Positions 1 through 13,214 of a stretch of 64,000 nucleotides of DNA are shown here, in pieces. The stretch lies in NCBI RefSeq assembly GCF_009914755.1, contig NC_060926.1; one strand, written 5' to 3'. Numbering within the stretch: the stretch's first letter is position 1; each line of letters starts with the position of its first letter. The translations under genes were made by a program, and so were the position numbers. Below the pieces are notes generated by a model that saw only the letters and a list, made by a program, of their open reading frames with translations, made no database searches and was not told where the DNA came from. This DNA is from the human T2T-CHM13v2.0 reference genome, Homo sapiens.

Positions 1-199
1 GTGACAATAGGTTAGAAGGTGATCACAGGAAGCAGAGCAAGGAGCAATACCCTAGGCATAGAATGTTTAAGTCCTGACTACTGGCTGAGACAATGGTAAT
101 GGGAAGAAAGCAAAAAAACTAAAAATGGAAAAAATGAAAAACAAAAATTATCCAGGATTGATTCACTTGTTCAACAAGTAATTGTGGAACAGTGTCTAA

Positions 200-400
200 T
201 TTCTAGGAGCTATTATGAAAACTTTGCCTATATGACTTCATTTGAACCTCACAAGAACCTTGTGGGACAAGTATTATCCCTGCTTTACAAACAATCAATC
301 TGAGGCTCCAACAGGTTAAATAATCTTCTCAATATCACATATACAATAAACGGTAAATGGGGGTAAACCCAGGACCATTTTGTCTTAAAGCTCATAAACT
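200..400 (-). mobile_element. MIR fragment
   Basis: attatccctgctttacaaac...tgaggctcc...ggttaaataa resembles reverse-complement MIR core. Confidence 0.6.
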
Positions 401-2029
401 TTCTGACATATTAAAGTAAAAATAATAGCAAATGATTGCGATGATTATAACTCCTTAAAGGTAGGGACTACGATATATGTCTATGTATCTCCAGTAGGAC
501 TTAGCACAGTAATCTGTATAAAATAATTTCAAATTGTTAAATCAGTCAGTTGTCATAAGGCTGCCTGCTATGGGCCAGGTGCTTGCTTAAAAAAAATGAA
601 TGCATAGACAGGATTCCTTCATGGAACTTATAGTCTGTTGAAAGAATCAGACATTAAATATTACACAAAATTACATTATACAAATGACGTAAGTGCTATC
701 ATATAAAAGTATAGGATGCCAAGACAGTGAGAAATATTTCCAAACTTATATATTTAGAGGCTAAGGAGAGGATATGTCTATTTGAATGAAGATAAATTTG
801 AGATGAGAAAAAGTTTAAGAATTTAATGGAGAGAGTATTTAAATTTTTAGTGTTAGCTAATTGTGGTGGTGTTTTACAAAGCTACGATGCATATTTTTGA
901 AAAGCTATTTTCCTCATAATATATTATGGTTATATACTTAGTGATATCTTAGAAAAGTATAAGTACTAAGCAAACCTCTTCAAATAATAAGCTCAAAATA
1001 TGGAAATAGGTGTATTCATAAAAGGATTGTCTCTATATTATTTAAATAGTCATCTTAATAGTAACAATTTAATTAAATGATTAATAATCCAAGAATAAGT
1101 TATGTTGTATCCCTTACAAATAATGGTTCTGAAGGGTAATGTAGCAATAGGAAAATGCTTGCATTCTAGTGCTATGTAAAAAAGGAATAAAAATATTGTA
1201 TGCTCATAAAAACATGTTGAAAATATACATAAGAACTACTGAAAGAAGTATACCAAAAATTTGTAGCAATTATGGTAGAAAGACTATGAGAGATACCTTT
1301 TTCTTTTTTTATTTTGTAAATATTCTGTAGTGTGATTTTATTATCATTGCAATTAAAAATACTTTCTGAAATAGAAAAAGAATAATCATAAAAACACATT
1401 TGGCTTCTATGGATAGATCCTGATTTTCTGATTGTATGTTTTGTATTAATACCTGACTTGGTACATAGCACTCTGGGAGATAATCAAGTCAATAAAAAGA
1501 CCTGAAAAATAAATGAATCACAAACCATAACTGTTTAGTGCACACAGGAAGGTACTATTAATAACTACAAAGGCAAAAGGAGAGCATCTGCAACCCAAGG
1601 ACTAAAATTAGTAATAATGTTGAAGGGAGTTCTACCAAATTATGTTTTCCAGAAGACAGCCGCAGGCTCTTCTTGTGTAAGGAAGACAGATCACCTCCAT
1701 TAGCCTTGAAACAAAAGCAAAGACTTCTGGATGAGGGCATTTAATTATAATGTTTATGTAATCACTCTGTAGCCATTTATATAAACAAGATCGCTTAGAG
1801 CACTTGCTTTTCTGTGGGCAGTAAAGGGTACTAAAAGATGTATTTTATAAAAAGTGTATTTTAAGCCAAATAATTCAGCACCACAAGTGAAAATTATTGG
1901 CATTTTATACTGGTGTTTTTAAACATGTAGAGAAGTGCAGATACAACCCTTTTTCTGCTTTATGATTGTTGGACTTTTCAGTCTATGAGCTTGTGATAGT
2001 AACAATAATAAATAACCAAAATGAGATAC

Positions 2030-2600
2030 CTAACAATCTCTACTTACTTATGTCAGGGCCCATTCTAGGACTTTTATGTATATTAATTCATTTAATTTTA
2101 TAATAACCCCTAGAAAGGACATGAACTCAGAAGCTGGAAACCATCATTCTCAGCAAACTATCGTGAGGACAAAAAACCAAACACTGCATGTTCTCACTCA
2201 CAGGTGGGAATTGAACAATGAGAACACATGGACACAGGAAGGGGAACATCACACACCGGGGCCTGTTGTGGGGTGGGGGGAGTGGGGAAGGATAGCATTA
2301 GGAGATATACCTAATGTTAAATGATGAGTTAATGGGTGCAGCACACCAACATGGCACATGTATACATATGTAACAAACCTGCACATTGTGCACATGTACC
2401 CTAAAACTTAAAGTATAATAATAAAAAAAAGAAAAAAAAATAACCCCATGAGGTTGATTATTATCATTATCTTCACTTTATACATAAGGAAACTGAAACA
2501 TAGAGTGATTAAATGGCTTGTCCAAGGTTGCTCAGCTAAATGCTTGGATTTGAATGAACATAGGAAACCTGGCTGGAGACCTCAGTGTTCTAAGCATACA
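2030..2600 (-). mobile_element. MIR split by the L1 at 2111-2440
   Basis: attcatttaat..aataacccc|atgagg...aggaaactgaaacatagag rejoins into a reverse MIR core. Confidence 0.7.
2111..2440 (+). mobile_element. 5'-truncated L1PA4-like LINE-1 3' end with micro-inversion, inside a MIR
   Basis: ORF2 end + 3' UTR with G-tract and A tail; TSD aataacccc at 2102-2110 and 2439-2447. Confidence 0.9.
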
Positions 2601-3657
2601 CTATGCTATGCATCAAAAGAAACGTTTTGCATTAATACTCCATCTTATTGCCAGAGTCACTAGAAATTATTTTTGATGAGATTAACAAAAAAGCTTGTTC
2701 CAAACTCATATTCTATCTCCTCACAGTGCTATTTCCATGTTTCTTTTCTCTTTCTTTCTTCTTTTTTCTTTTTCATTTATCTTCTTTAACTTTTTGTAGT
2801 TTTAGAAATAAGTTCACCAATACAGAGGAAGACAGGAAAATGGGATTTTTTTCTCACATTTTTCTTGATTGATTTATTTAGCATATCTATTTTTGATATG
2901 TAAGAACATAAGAAGTAAGTAGTCAGAAGTCTTCTTTGAGCCACCAAGAGTTGGTACGGAGATATCAAATGTCCTTACACAACTGGGCAGCCTCTGAGAA
3001 CTGTCTGCTGAGATTTTAGATGTCAGAGGTGCAGACTCAAGAAAGAACAATATTTGCTTGGGTATACATGATATCTGTGATTTTATACATATATAAATAC
3101 AAATAAATCTTTAACTTATTTATTTTTAAATTTGAATTTATTTATTTATGTCATATATAAATCTTGTATATTAAAAACATATTTTCCACTTTGGAATTGA
3201 TTTATAGGTGAGTAATGTCATAACCTAGAGATAGCTTTGACAGGGAGGCACGTAGGTAACTAACGTCCACTTGTAGACTCAACTCTTCAAAAAATGTCTC
3301 TCCTATGACATTGGTACATCAAATTTCTAACTTAGCATTTTCAAAAAGTCACGGTTAAAATGTAAGTACACTACCAGGAATGGAGTAACACATGCCATTG
3401 TATTCACTAACACAGTATAACCACTTTGGAAAGCAGAGACCATGTTCTTGAGGGAGTAGTAAAGCAAAATGAATGGAGAAGCCATATCATCAGGTTTCGA
3501 TGGGGTTATAGGAAACTGGACAGTGGGGCTGAGGAAAATGTGGATGGTGTAGTTTTCATGATAGGAGGGCAGAGCTACAGGTGTTTTGGAAGAATACCTT
3601 ATAGGAGAGAAGTCTTGAAAGTGGAAGCTAGCAAACTACACGGTGAAATGTAGATTA

Positions 3658-6040
<2,383 letters not shown>

Positions 6041-7137
6041 TCAGGACATAGGCATGGGCAAGGACTTCATGTCTAAAACACCAAAAGCAATGGCAACAAA
6101 AGCCAAAATTGACAAATGGGATCTAATTAAACTGAAGAGCTTCTGCACAGTAAAAGAAACTACCATCAGAGTGAACAGGCAACCTACAAAATGGGAGAAA
6201 ATTTTCGCAACCTACTCATCTGACAAAGGGCTAATATCCAGAACCTACAATGAACTCAAACAAATATACAAGAAAAAAACAAACAACCCCATCAAAAAGT
6301 GGGCAAAGGACATGAACAGACACTTCTTAAAAGAAGACATTTATACAGCCAAAAAACACATGAAAAAATGCTCACCATCACTGGCCATCAGAGAAATGCA
6401 AATCAAAACCACAATGAGATACCATCTCACACCACTTAGAATGGCAATCATTAAAAAGTCAGGAAACAACAGGTGCTGGAGAGGATGTGGAGAAATAGAA
6501 ACACTTTTACACTGTTGGTGGGACTGTAAACTAGTTCAACCATTGTGGAAGTCAGTGTGGCGATTCCTCAGGGATCTAGAACTAGAAATACCATTTGACC
6601 CAGCCATCCCATTACTGGGTATATACCCAAAGGACTATAAATCATGCTGCTATAAAGACACATGCACACGTATGTTTATTGTGGCATTATTCACAATAGC
6701 AAAGACTTGGAACCAACCCAAATGTCCAACAGTGATAGACTGGATTAAGAAAATGTGGCACATATACACCATGGAATACTATGCAGCCATAAAAAATGAT
6801 GAGTTCATGTCCTTTGTAGGGACATGGATGAAATTGGAAATCATCATTCTCAGTAAACTATCGCAAGAACAAAAAACCAAACACGGCATATTCTCACTCA
6901 TAGGCGGGAATTGAACAATGAGAACACGTGGACACAGGAAGGGGAACATCACACTCTGGGGACTGTTGTGGGGTGGGGGGAGGGGGGAGGGATAGCTTTA
7001 GGAGATATACCTAATGCTAAATGACGAGTTAATGGGTGCAGCACACCAGCATGGCACATGTATACATATGTAACTAACCTGCACATTGTGTACATGTACC
7101 CTAAAACTTAAAGTATAATAATAACAGAATAAAAAAA
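6041..7137 (+). mobile_element. L1PA3-like element, non-inverted 3' segment (ORF2 C-terminal Cys-rich region + 3' UTR)
   Basis: 286-aa ORF MGKDFM...SLIGGN; 3' UTR 'gctaaatgacgagttaatgggtgcagcacaccagc'; TSD agtaggagtttc at 3750-3761 and 7265-7276. Confidence 0.96.
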
Positions 7138-9500
7138 GTATAATATATAATAAAAATATCTTGAAAATTAAAAAAAAAAACAAACTTCTCAATGGCTGTC
7201 CCTCTCATTCAAGAGCAAAAATAAAATCATAACAATCCTTGAAAGCAAAAAAAAAAAAAAAAAAAGTAGGAGTTTCAGGTTGGGACAGACCTGGATTCAA
7301 GTTTATTTCTATCAGTGTAGCCTTGGATAAGTTATCAAACATTTAGTTCCTCCCATCTATAAAATGTAGCAATTAAACTATTAAACTAGAAAATCCACTA
7401 TATGCCATGCGTATAGCAACTGTATGCACGCCATACCTATAGGCATAGATATACAGTAGCTACAGAAAACATATATGTATGTATATACACATATACATTT
7501 GTACATGGAGGTATTCACATATCTACGATAGTGCTATCTTTCTCCCTCGTTATGTTACTTCTGCAAGAAACTTGCCATATTTTCTCTATTTTATATTTTT
7601 GTTTCTTATGTATGGATTTACTTTTAACAAATTTTCAAAATATGCAAATAACTTTCTGTTAAACTATAGTACTGGCCCTTTTATTTCTGAGGTAAACTAA
7701 CTGACCATCTTAGGGAATTCTATTTGTTAGCAACCAAAAAAAAAGGATGTTTGCCACTTAATAAACAGATTCAGACAATATATTACTAATTTACTTCAAC
7801 GAGAAAGAGACTCTTGCTTCTAGTGAATGATATTACACAGTTTGTTTTGTTTTGTTGATAGCACTACTGTGCAATGGTCACCTGTGATACAATTATTTGA
7901 ATTCATGACAATGCTGGGTTAGGAACCGAGGCAGATCCACTATGCTTCTTTATGTTCAGATGTTTTAAATCAGAATTATAGGACTATATCTATGTGCCTA
8001 GGCAAATATCTAAAATAATTATTCCATTCTCTGCTAACAGCTTAAACACGTGTTGTAATTCTAACAGACTTTAGAGAGCATATGGCAGTTTCAACAAGTC
8101 ACACATATTTTTACATGCACCTAAGCTAGGGACCCCTGACCAATGAGTTGAGCATCATCTATCAGGATGCTCCCGATAGATGACAGATCTTCAACCAGCC
8201 AGCTAGGTCATTTCTGCTTCCTCAATTCCACATGTTTAGTTAGTTGGGATTCCCAGTCGGGAGGCAAAGCAGGTAGCATTTGGGCCCTCCCCTTACTGTG
8301 CTCAGTTCAGTTTATTGATGGAAACATCTCCAAGGATCTTAAAACTTTAAAATAGAAAATATCTCTTCCTCACAAAGTTGGAAGCCCTGAACCTGAGCCT
8401 TAAGAGATTTATTTTTACATTTGTTTTCAAATTCTCACAATTTATACAGAAAAAAAAATCAGAGTATCCATTCTGGTTTTTAATTTTTTTATTTCTTGCC
8501 ATAGTATTATATATCAAGAATATTTATAAGAAGGAAGTAGTTAATACATATTTGTTATCTAAGTATAATTTGGGACACTATATAAATCTTTTAGTTTGTG
8601 AGTTACTTCTGTACCCTGTCATCTCCTAAGCTACCTGGTCTTTCTTGGAATAATAAATATACATACCTTTTAGGACCAAGATCTATAGTTTCACAATATT
8701 CATAGCCATCTGGTTCTGCTACAGGGTAAATTTAGACTGGAAATAAGGTAATATTAAGTAAGAGAAGCTTCGTTTGTTTAACCTACCTCCCAAAGGCTCC
8801 ATTTGTAAAGAGTGCAGACCAGAAATCACATGCACTGCTGGATTCTTTCCATGAGAAAAGCCTGTGTTGAGCTTTAGTTTCTTCATTTTCTTTAAACAGA
8901 ACAAAAATCTCTCCTACCACTCAAAGGAGTGATTTGCAGATTTAATGCAATTATATCAAAGTAGTTTATAACCCATAAAACACAAAGTTATATGACCGTT
9001 ACTTTGTATTGAACATCCATGAAACTCTAGGAATAGTACTAGAAGCTTTATACACCATTATATATAGAATGGTGTCTCTTTTAATTCTCAAGAAATCCTG
9101 TCCAGTTGTTATAATTATACTTACTGAATAAATTATATTAATTTATATTATAATTATATTAATTAGTTATATAATGAATTCATAGAAACTCAGGGGTTGG
9201 GTGATTTGCTAAGATCAATAGCTAGAAAGGGGCAGAATCAGTATTCAACTCAATATTACCTCCAAATGGAAGTAATTCAGTATTAGTGAGTATTACTAAT
9301 TATAGAAGTAATACTTCTCCTTTCTACTCAGAGCTAACACAACAGCATTATCTAATGTTGTTAAATGGTAGGTGGAATTAAAAATTGTAGGTAAGATTAA
9401 GAAAGGAGGGAAATCACTGAATAACCTGCCCTTCCAGCAAAGTTGACAAAGTAGATAAGATCTCTGGTAAGATCTAATCTTCATCTCATTCTGCCACATG

Positions 9501-9748
9501 TTTTTGTTTTGTTTTGTTTTGTTTTGTTTTGTTTTATTTTGTTTTTTAAGACGCGTCTCGCTCTGTGGCCCAAGCTGAAGTGCAGTGGCACAATCTTGGC
9601 TCACTGCAACCTCTGCTTCCCAGTTCAAACAATTCTCCTGCCTCGGCCTCCTGAGTAGCTGGGATTACAGGCGTGCACCACCACGCCTGGCTAATTTTTG
9701 TATTTTCAGCAGAAAGGGGGTTTCACCATATTGGCCAGGCTAGTCTCC
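9501..9748 (-). mobile_element. 5'-truncated AluS with (GTTTT)n tail
   Basis: Alu right arm plus part of left arm; catgttttt-like TSD on both sides. Confidence 0.9.
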
Positions 9749-11696
9749 CCATGTTTTTTATCGAAGTCCCTGTGTTCTCAATATCCTGAGATGATTGGCT
9801 GATTGGCTGTTGCCACAGCCATTGGCTTCAGCCACTCTTCTGGCCTGGACATCATCCAGTGCATGTCAAAGACAGGACTCTGGCCTAGCTTCTTTTGGGG
9901 ACTTTCTACCACAGAATGAGCAAAGGTGATGTTCGGAACAAAATACCTATACGTTTCATCCAGCTGCAAATAATCAGCTCCAGCTTCTGGAGTTACTTGG
10001 TACCTAAATTGGCCAGGTTGCTGTTGAGGATGAATGGGCCAATCTTACAGCTGAACACCATGATACTGGTTCCCAGGAGCCAAGCATTGCCCCAATCCAG
10101 CCTTTTTTTATTTATTTTAAAAATGTGTTAATACTTTTTAAATCTTTAAGTAGTGACTAATTTTCTTTTAAATAAAGATTGTTTTCCTCCAGGATGCATC
10201 AGAGTAAAAGCATAAAATGGAGCTTTAAAAAAATTAATTTAGAATCAGTTGTGTCTTCAGTTTACTAATCCACGCTTCAAATGAGTAGAACTTACAATTT
10301 GCTCTGGTTTTGTTACTTGGGTGGGTAAGATAACTTAGAAGAGCGACAGGGATTTTGCTAAAATATAAAAATGGGATAGTTTTAAATCTCTATTGTTGTT
10401 ACCGTTGGCAGTAATATAAAGGAGATCAAAGAACTAATGTGTTTGTTCCCAACCTACCTTTAAATAAAATTGTTTTATAGATGTTATAAAAGTATACCTA
10501 TATACACTTTATGTACACACACATGCATTTCATGTATATATCCACTATAATGCTAGTTCTCTCTTATTATAACACTCCTGCAAGAAATTTGCCATATTTT
10601 CCCTATTTTGTGTTTTAGTTTCCTTTTTGTCATTAATAAATATACTAGGTTTTCAGAGTATGAAAATGTTTTCCCATCAAACTCTTATGGTGTTGGGCCT
10701 TTTTTTTCTGAGATAAAGTAACAGAGAAATCAATTTGGGAGAATCTTCTCATTAAGGGAGCATACTACTCCTTACTAGTGAACTGGCTTACAGACTGAGG
10801 TTGGCAGGTTCAGATATGTATGAGCAGAACAGTAGCAAGACATTTGCAGACCTATGATCCTTGCTTGTTCACCTAATTCTTTTTACCTAACACTGCCACT
10901 ACTGTAAAACCAAAGCAAGACATTCAGAAAAAGACATTGCAGACCAAATTGACACTTTGAGGGAGGCTACCATGGGTATAATGTATAAGCCTCCATTTGG
11001 AGCAGGATCCAAGATCAATATGGATACATTAGATTCTACTTTTTAAAATAAGCACTCATCTCATTTCAGACTATGGACATGCTACTGAGCTTTACTATCC
11101 TTAATCCTTAGTCTAGTACCTCGGTATCTTCATTAAGTATGAAAGGTTATTTCTATTAGGACTTGCCTCTGAGTCCCAAACTGGGACTCAGGATCAGATC
11201 ATGGAGGAACATGAAACTCTTATGTGGATGATGACATGGATTGGGCATCTGTGGTGGTTCTGGAACTTCAGGATTCACCTGATCTGCCTCCTACTTATCT
11301 TTGGAAAAATGTAAAGTATAGGATCTTTCTACCACAATCTTTACTACTGTAGGGAGTTTGATCCACTGACTCTTTTCAAAAGACCTCTCAGTGTTCAAGT
11401 ACTTTTCTTTAATGCCATTTCTTGAGAGTTGGAGCTACAGTTGCTCTAGATGTGTCTAGGTCTGATCTTTTCTCCCCATACTCCTTGAGCCCCTGATAAC
11501 CACCATTCTACTTTCTATTTCCATGAGTTCAGTCTTTTTAGATTCCCCATATAAGTGAGATCACAAGGTATTGGTCTTTCTGTGCCTGGCTTATTCCACT
11601 TAACATAATGTCCTTGAAATTCATCCAAATTGTCAAAATGACAGAATTTTGTTCCTTTTTAAGGCTGAAAAGTATTCCACAATGTATATATGCCAC

Positions 11697-11792
11697 TTAT
11701 CTTTCTTTCTCTTTCTTTCCTGCCTGTTTTTCTTTCTTTTTCTTTCTTTTCTTCTTTCTTTCCTCTTTCTTTCTCTTTCCCCTTCCTTCTTT

Positions 11793-11853
<61 letters not shown>

Positions 11854-12018
11854 TTCTCTTTCTCCTTCCTTCCTTTCTTTTTCTTTCTCTTTCTTTGTTT
11901 CTTTTTTCTTTATTTCTCTCTCTTTTCTCTTTTTTCTTTCTATTCTTTTCTTTCTCTTTCTCTCTCTTTCTCTCTTTGTTTCTCCCTTCCCTTCCCTTCC
12001 CTTTCCTCTTTCTTTTAC
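11697..12018. repeat. ~320-bp C/T-rich tract including (TTTC)n, expanded Alu tail
   Basis: Direct reading; abuts the antisense Alu. Confidence 0.95.
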
Positions 12019-12295
12019 AGGCTCTCACTCTGTCACCCAGTGAGTACAGTGGCACAATCATAGCTCACTGCAGCCTGGAACTCCTGGGCTCAAGCAATAC
12101 TTCTGCCTCAGCCTCCCGAGTAACTAGGACAACATGCACATGCCACCACATCTGCCTAATTTAAAAAATTTGTTATAGAGACAACATTCTTGCTATGTTG
12201 CCCAGATTGTTCTCAAAGGTCTGGCTTCAAGCAATCCTCCTGCCTTGGCCTCCCAAAATGCAGGGATTACAGGCATGAGCCCCCACACTCAGCCT
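12019..12295 (-). mobile_element. AluJ nested in L1M
   Basis: J-type 'atcatagctcactgcagcc...ctcctgggctcaagc'. Confidence 0.88.
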
Positions 12296-12604
12296 CAATG
12301 CCATGTTTGACTTATCCTTTCGTCCATTGATGGGCACTTAGGTTGATTCCATATCTTGGCTACTGTGAATAAATGCTACAGTGAACATGGGAATGCAGAT
12401 ATCTCTTCCATTTACTGATTTAATTACCTTTGGGTACATATCCAGTAGTGGAATTGATGGATCATATGGTAGGTCTATTAATTTTTTGAAGAAACTCCGT
12501 ACTGTTTTCCATATGGCTGTACTAATTTATATTCCCATCAACAATGTGAAAAGTTTCCCTTTCTCCACCTCCTCGCCAACACTTGTTCAGACACTTTCAT
12601 CTTT

Positions 12605-13214
12605 AAAAAAAAATTAATTTTTAATTTTGTGCACACAGTAAGTGTGTATATGTATGGGGTGCATGAGATATTTTGATACCGGCATTTTGATGTGTAATGA
12701 TCACATCAGAGTAAATGAGATATCCATTACCTCAAGCGTTTGTTCTTTCTTTCTGTTACAAACAATCCAATTTTGCTCTTTAAATTATTTTAAAATGTTC
12801 AATCCATTATTGTTGACTGTAGTCACCCTGTTGTGTTATCAAATACCAGATCTTATTCATTCTACCTAACTATATTTTTGTACCCATTAACCACCCCCAC
12901 TTGCCTGCCCACCCCTCATTACCCTTCCCAGCCTCTGATAACCATCATTATACTTTTTATCTACATGAGGTCGATTATTTTAATTTTTAGCTCCCACAAA
13001 TAAGTGAAAACATGCAAAGTCTGTCTTTCAGTGCCTGGCTTATTTCACTTAATATAACGACCTTCACTTCTATTCATGTTGACACAAATGACAGGATCTC
13101 ATTCTTTTTATGGCTGAATAGTATTTCATCATATATATGTACCACATTTTCCTTATTCATTCATCTGTTGGTGAATACTTAGGTTGCTTCGAAATCTTGG
13201 CTACTGTGAGTAGT
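12605..13214 (-). mobile_element. Second L1MA 3' end nested within the older L1
   Basis: Distinct L1MA 3' terminus (gtatggggtgcatgagatattttgatac); flanked by the direct repeat tttcatcttt. Confidence 0.75.

Noticed and set aside
1874-1884. TTCAGCACCAC, left half of an RE1/REST site in a neuronal gene
   Set aside because: The right half (GGACAG) is absent; a half-site alone is weak evidence
6054-6914. 286-aa open ORF as an active retroelement or domesticated gene
   Set aside because: Only the C-terminal part of L1 ORF2; no promoter, no RT, and the EN/ORF1 parts are inverted and frameshifted. Intactness is expected for a young L1
6958-6991. G-quadruplex-forming G-tract (also 2258-2291)
   Set aside because: Standard L1 3' UTR feature, not locus-specific
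11608-12164. Four long ORFs (F/L/S-rich or K/R/E-rich, 117-171 aa)
   Set aside because: Translations of the CT microsatellite and Alu; no stops simply because of base composition
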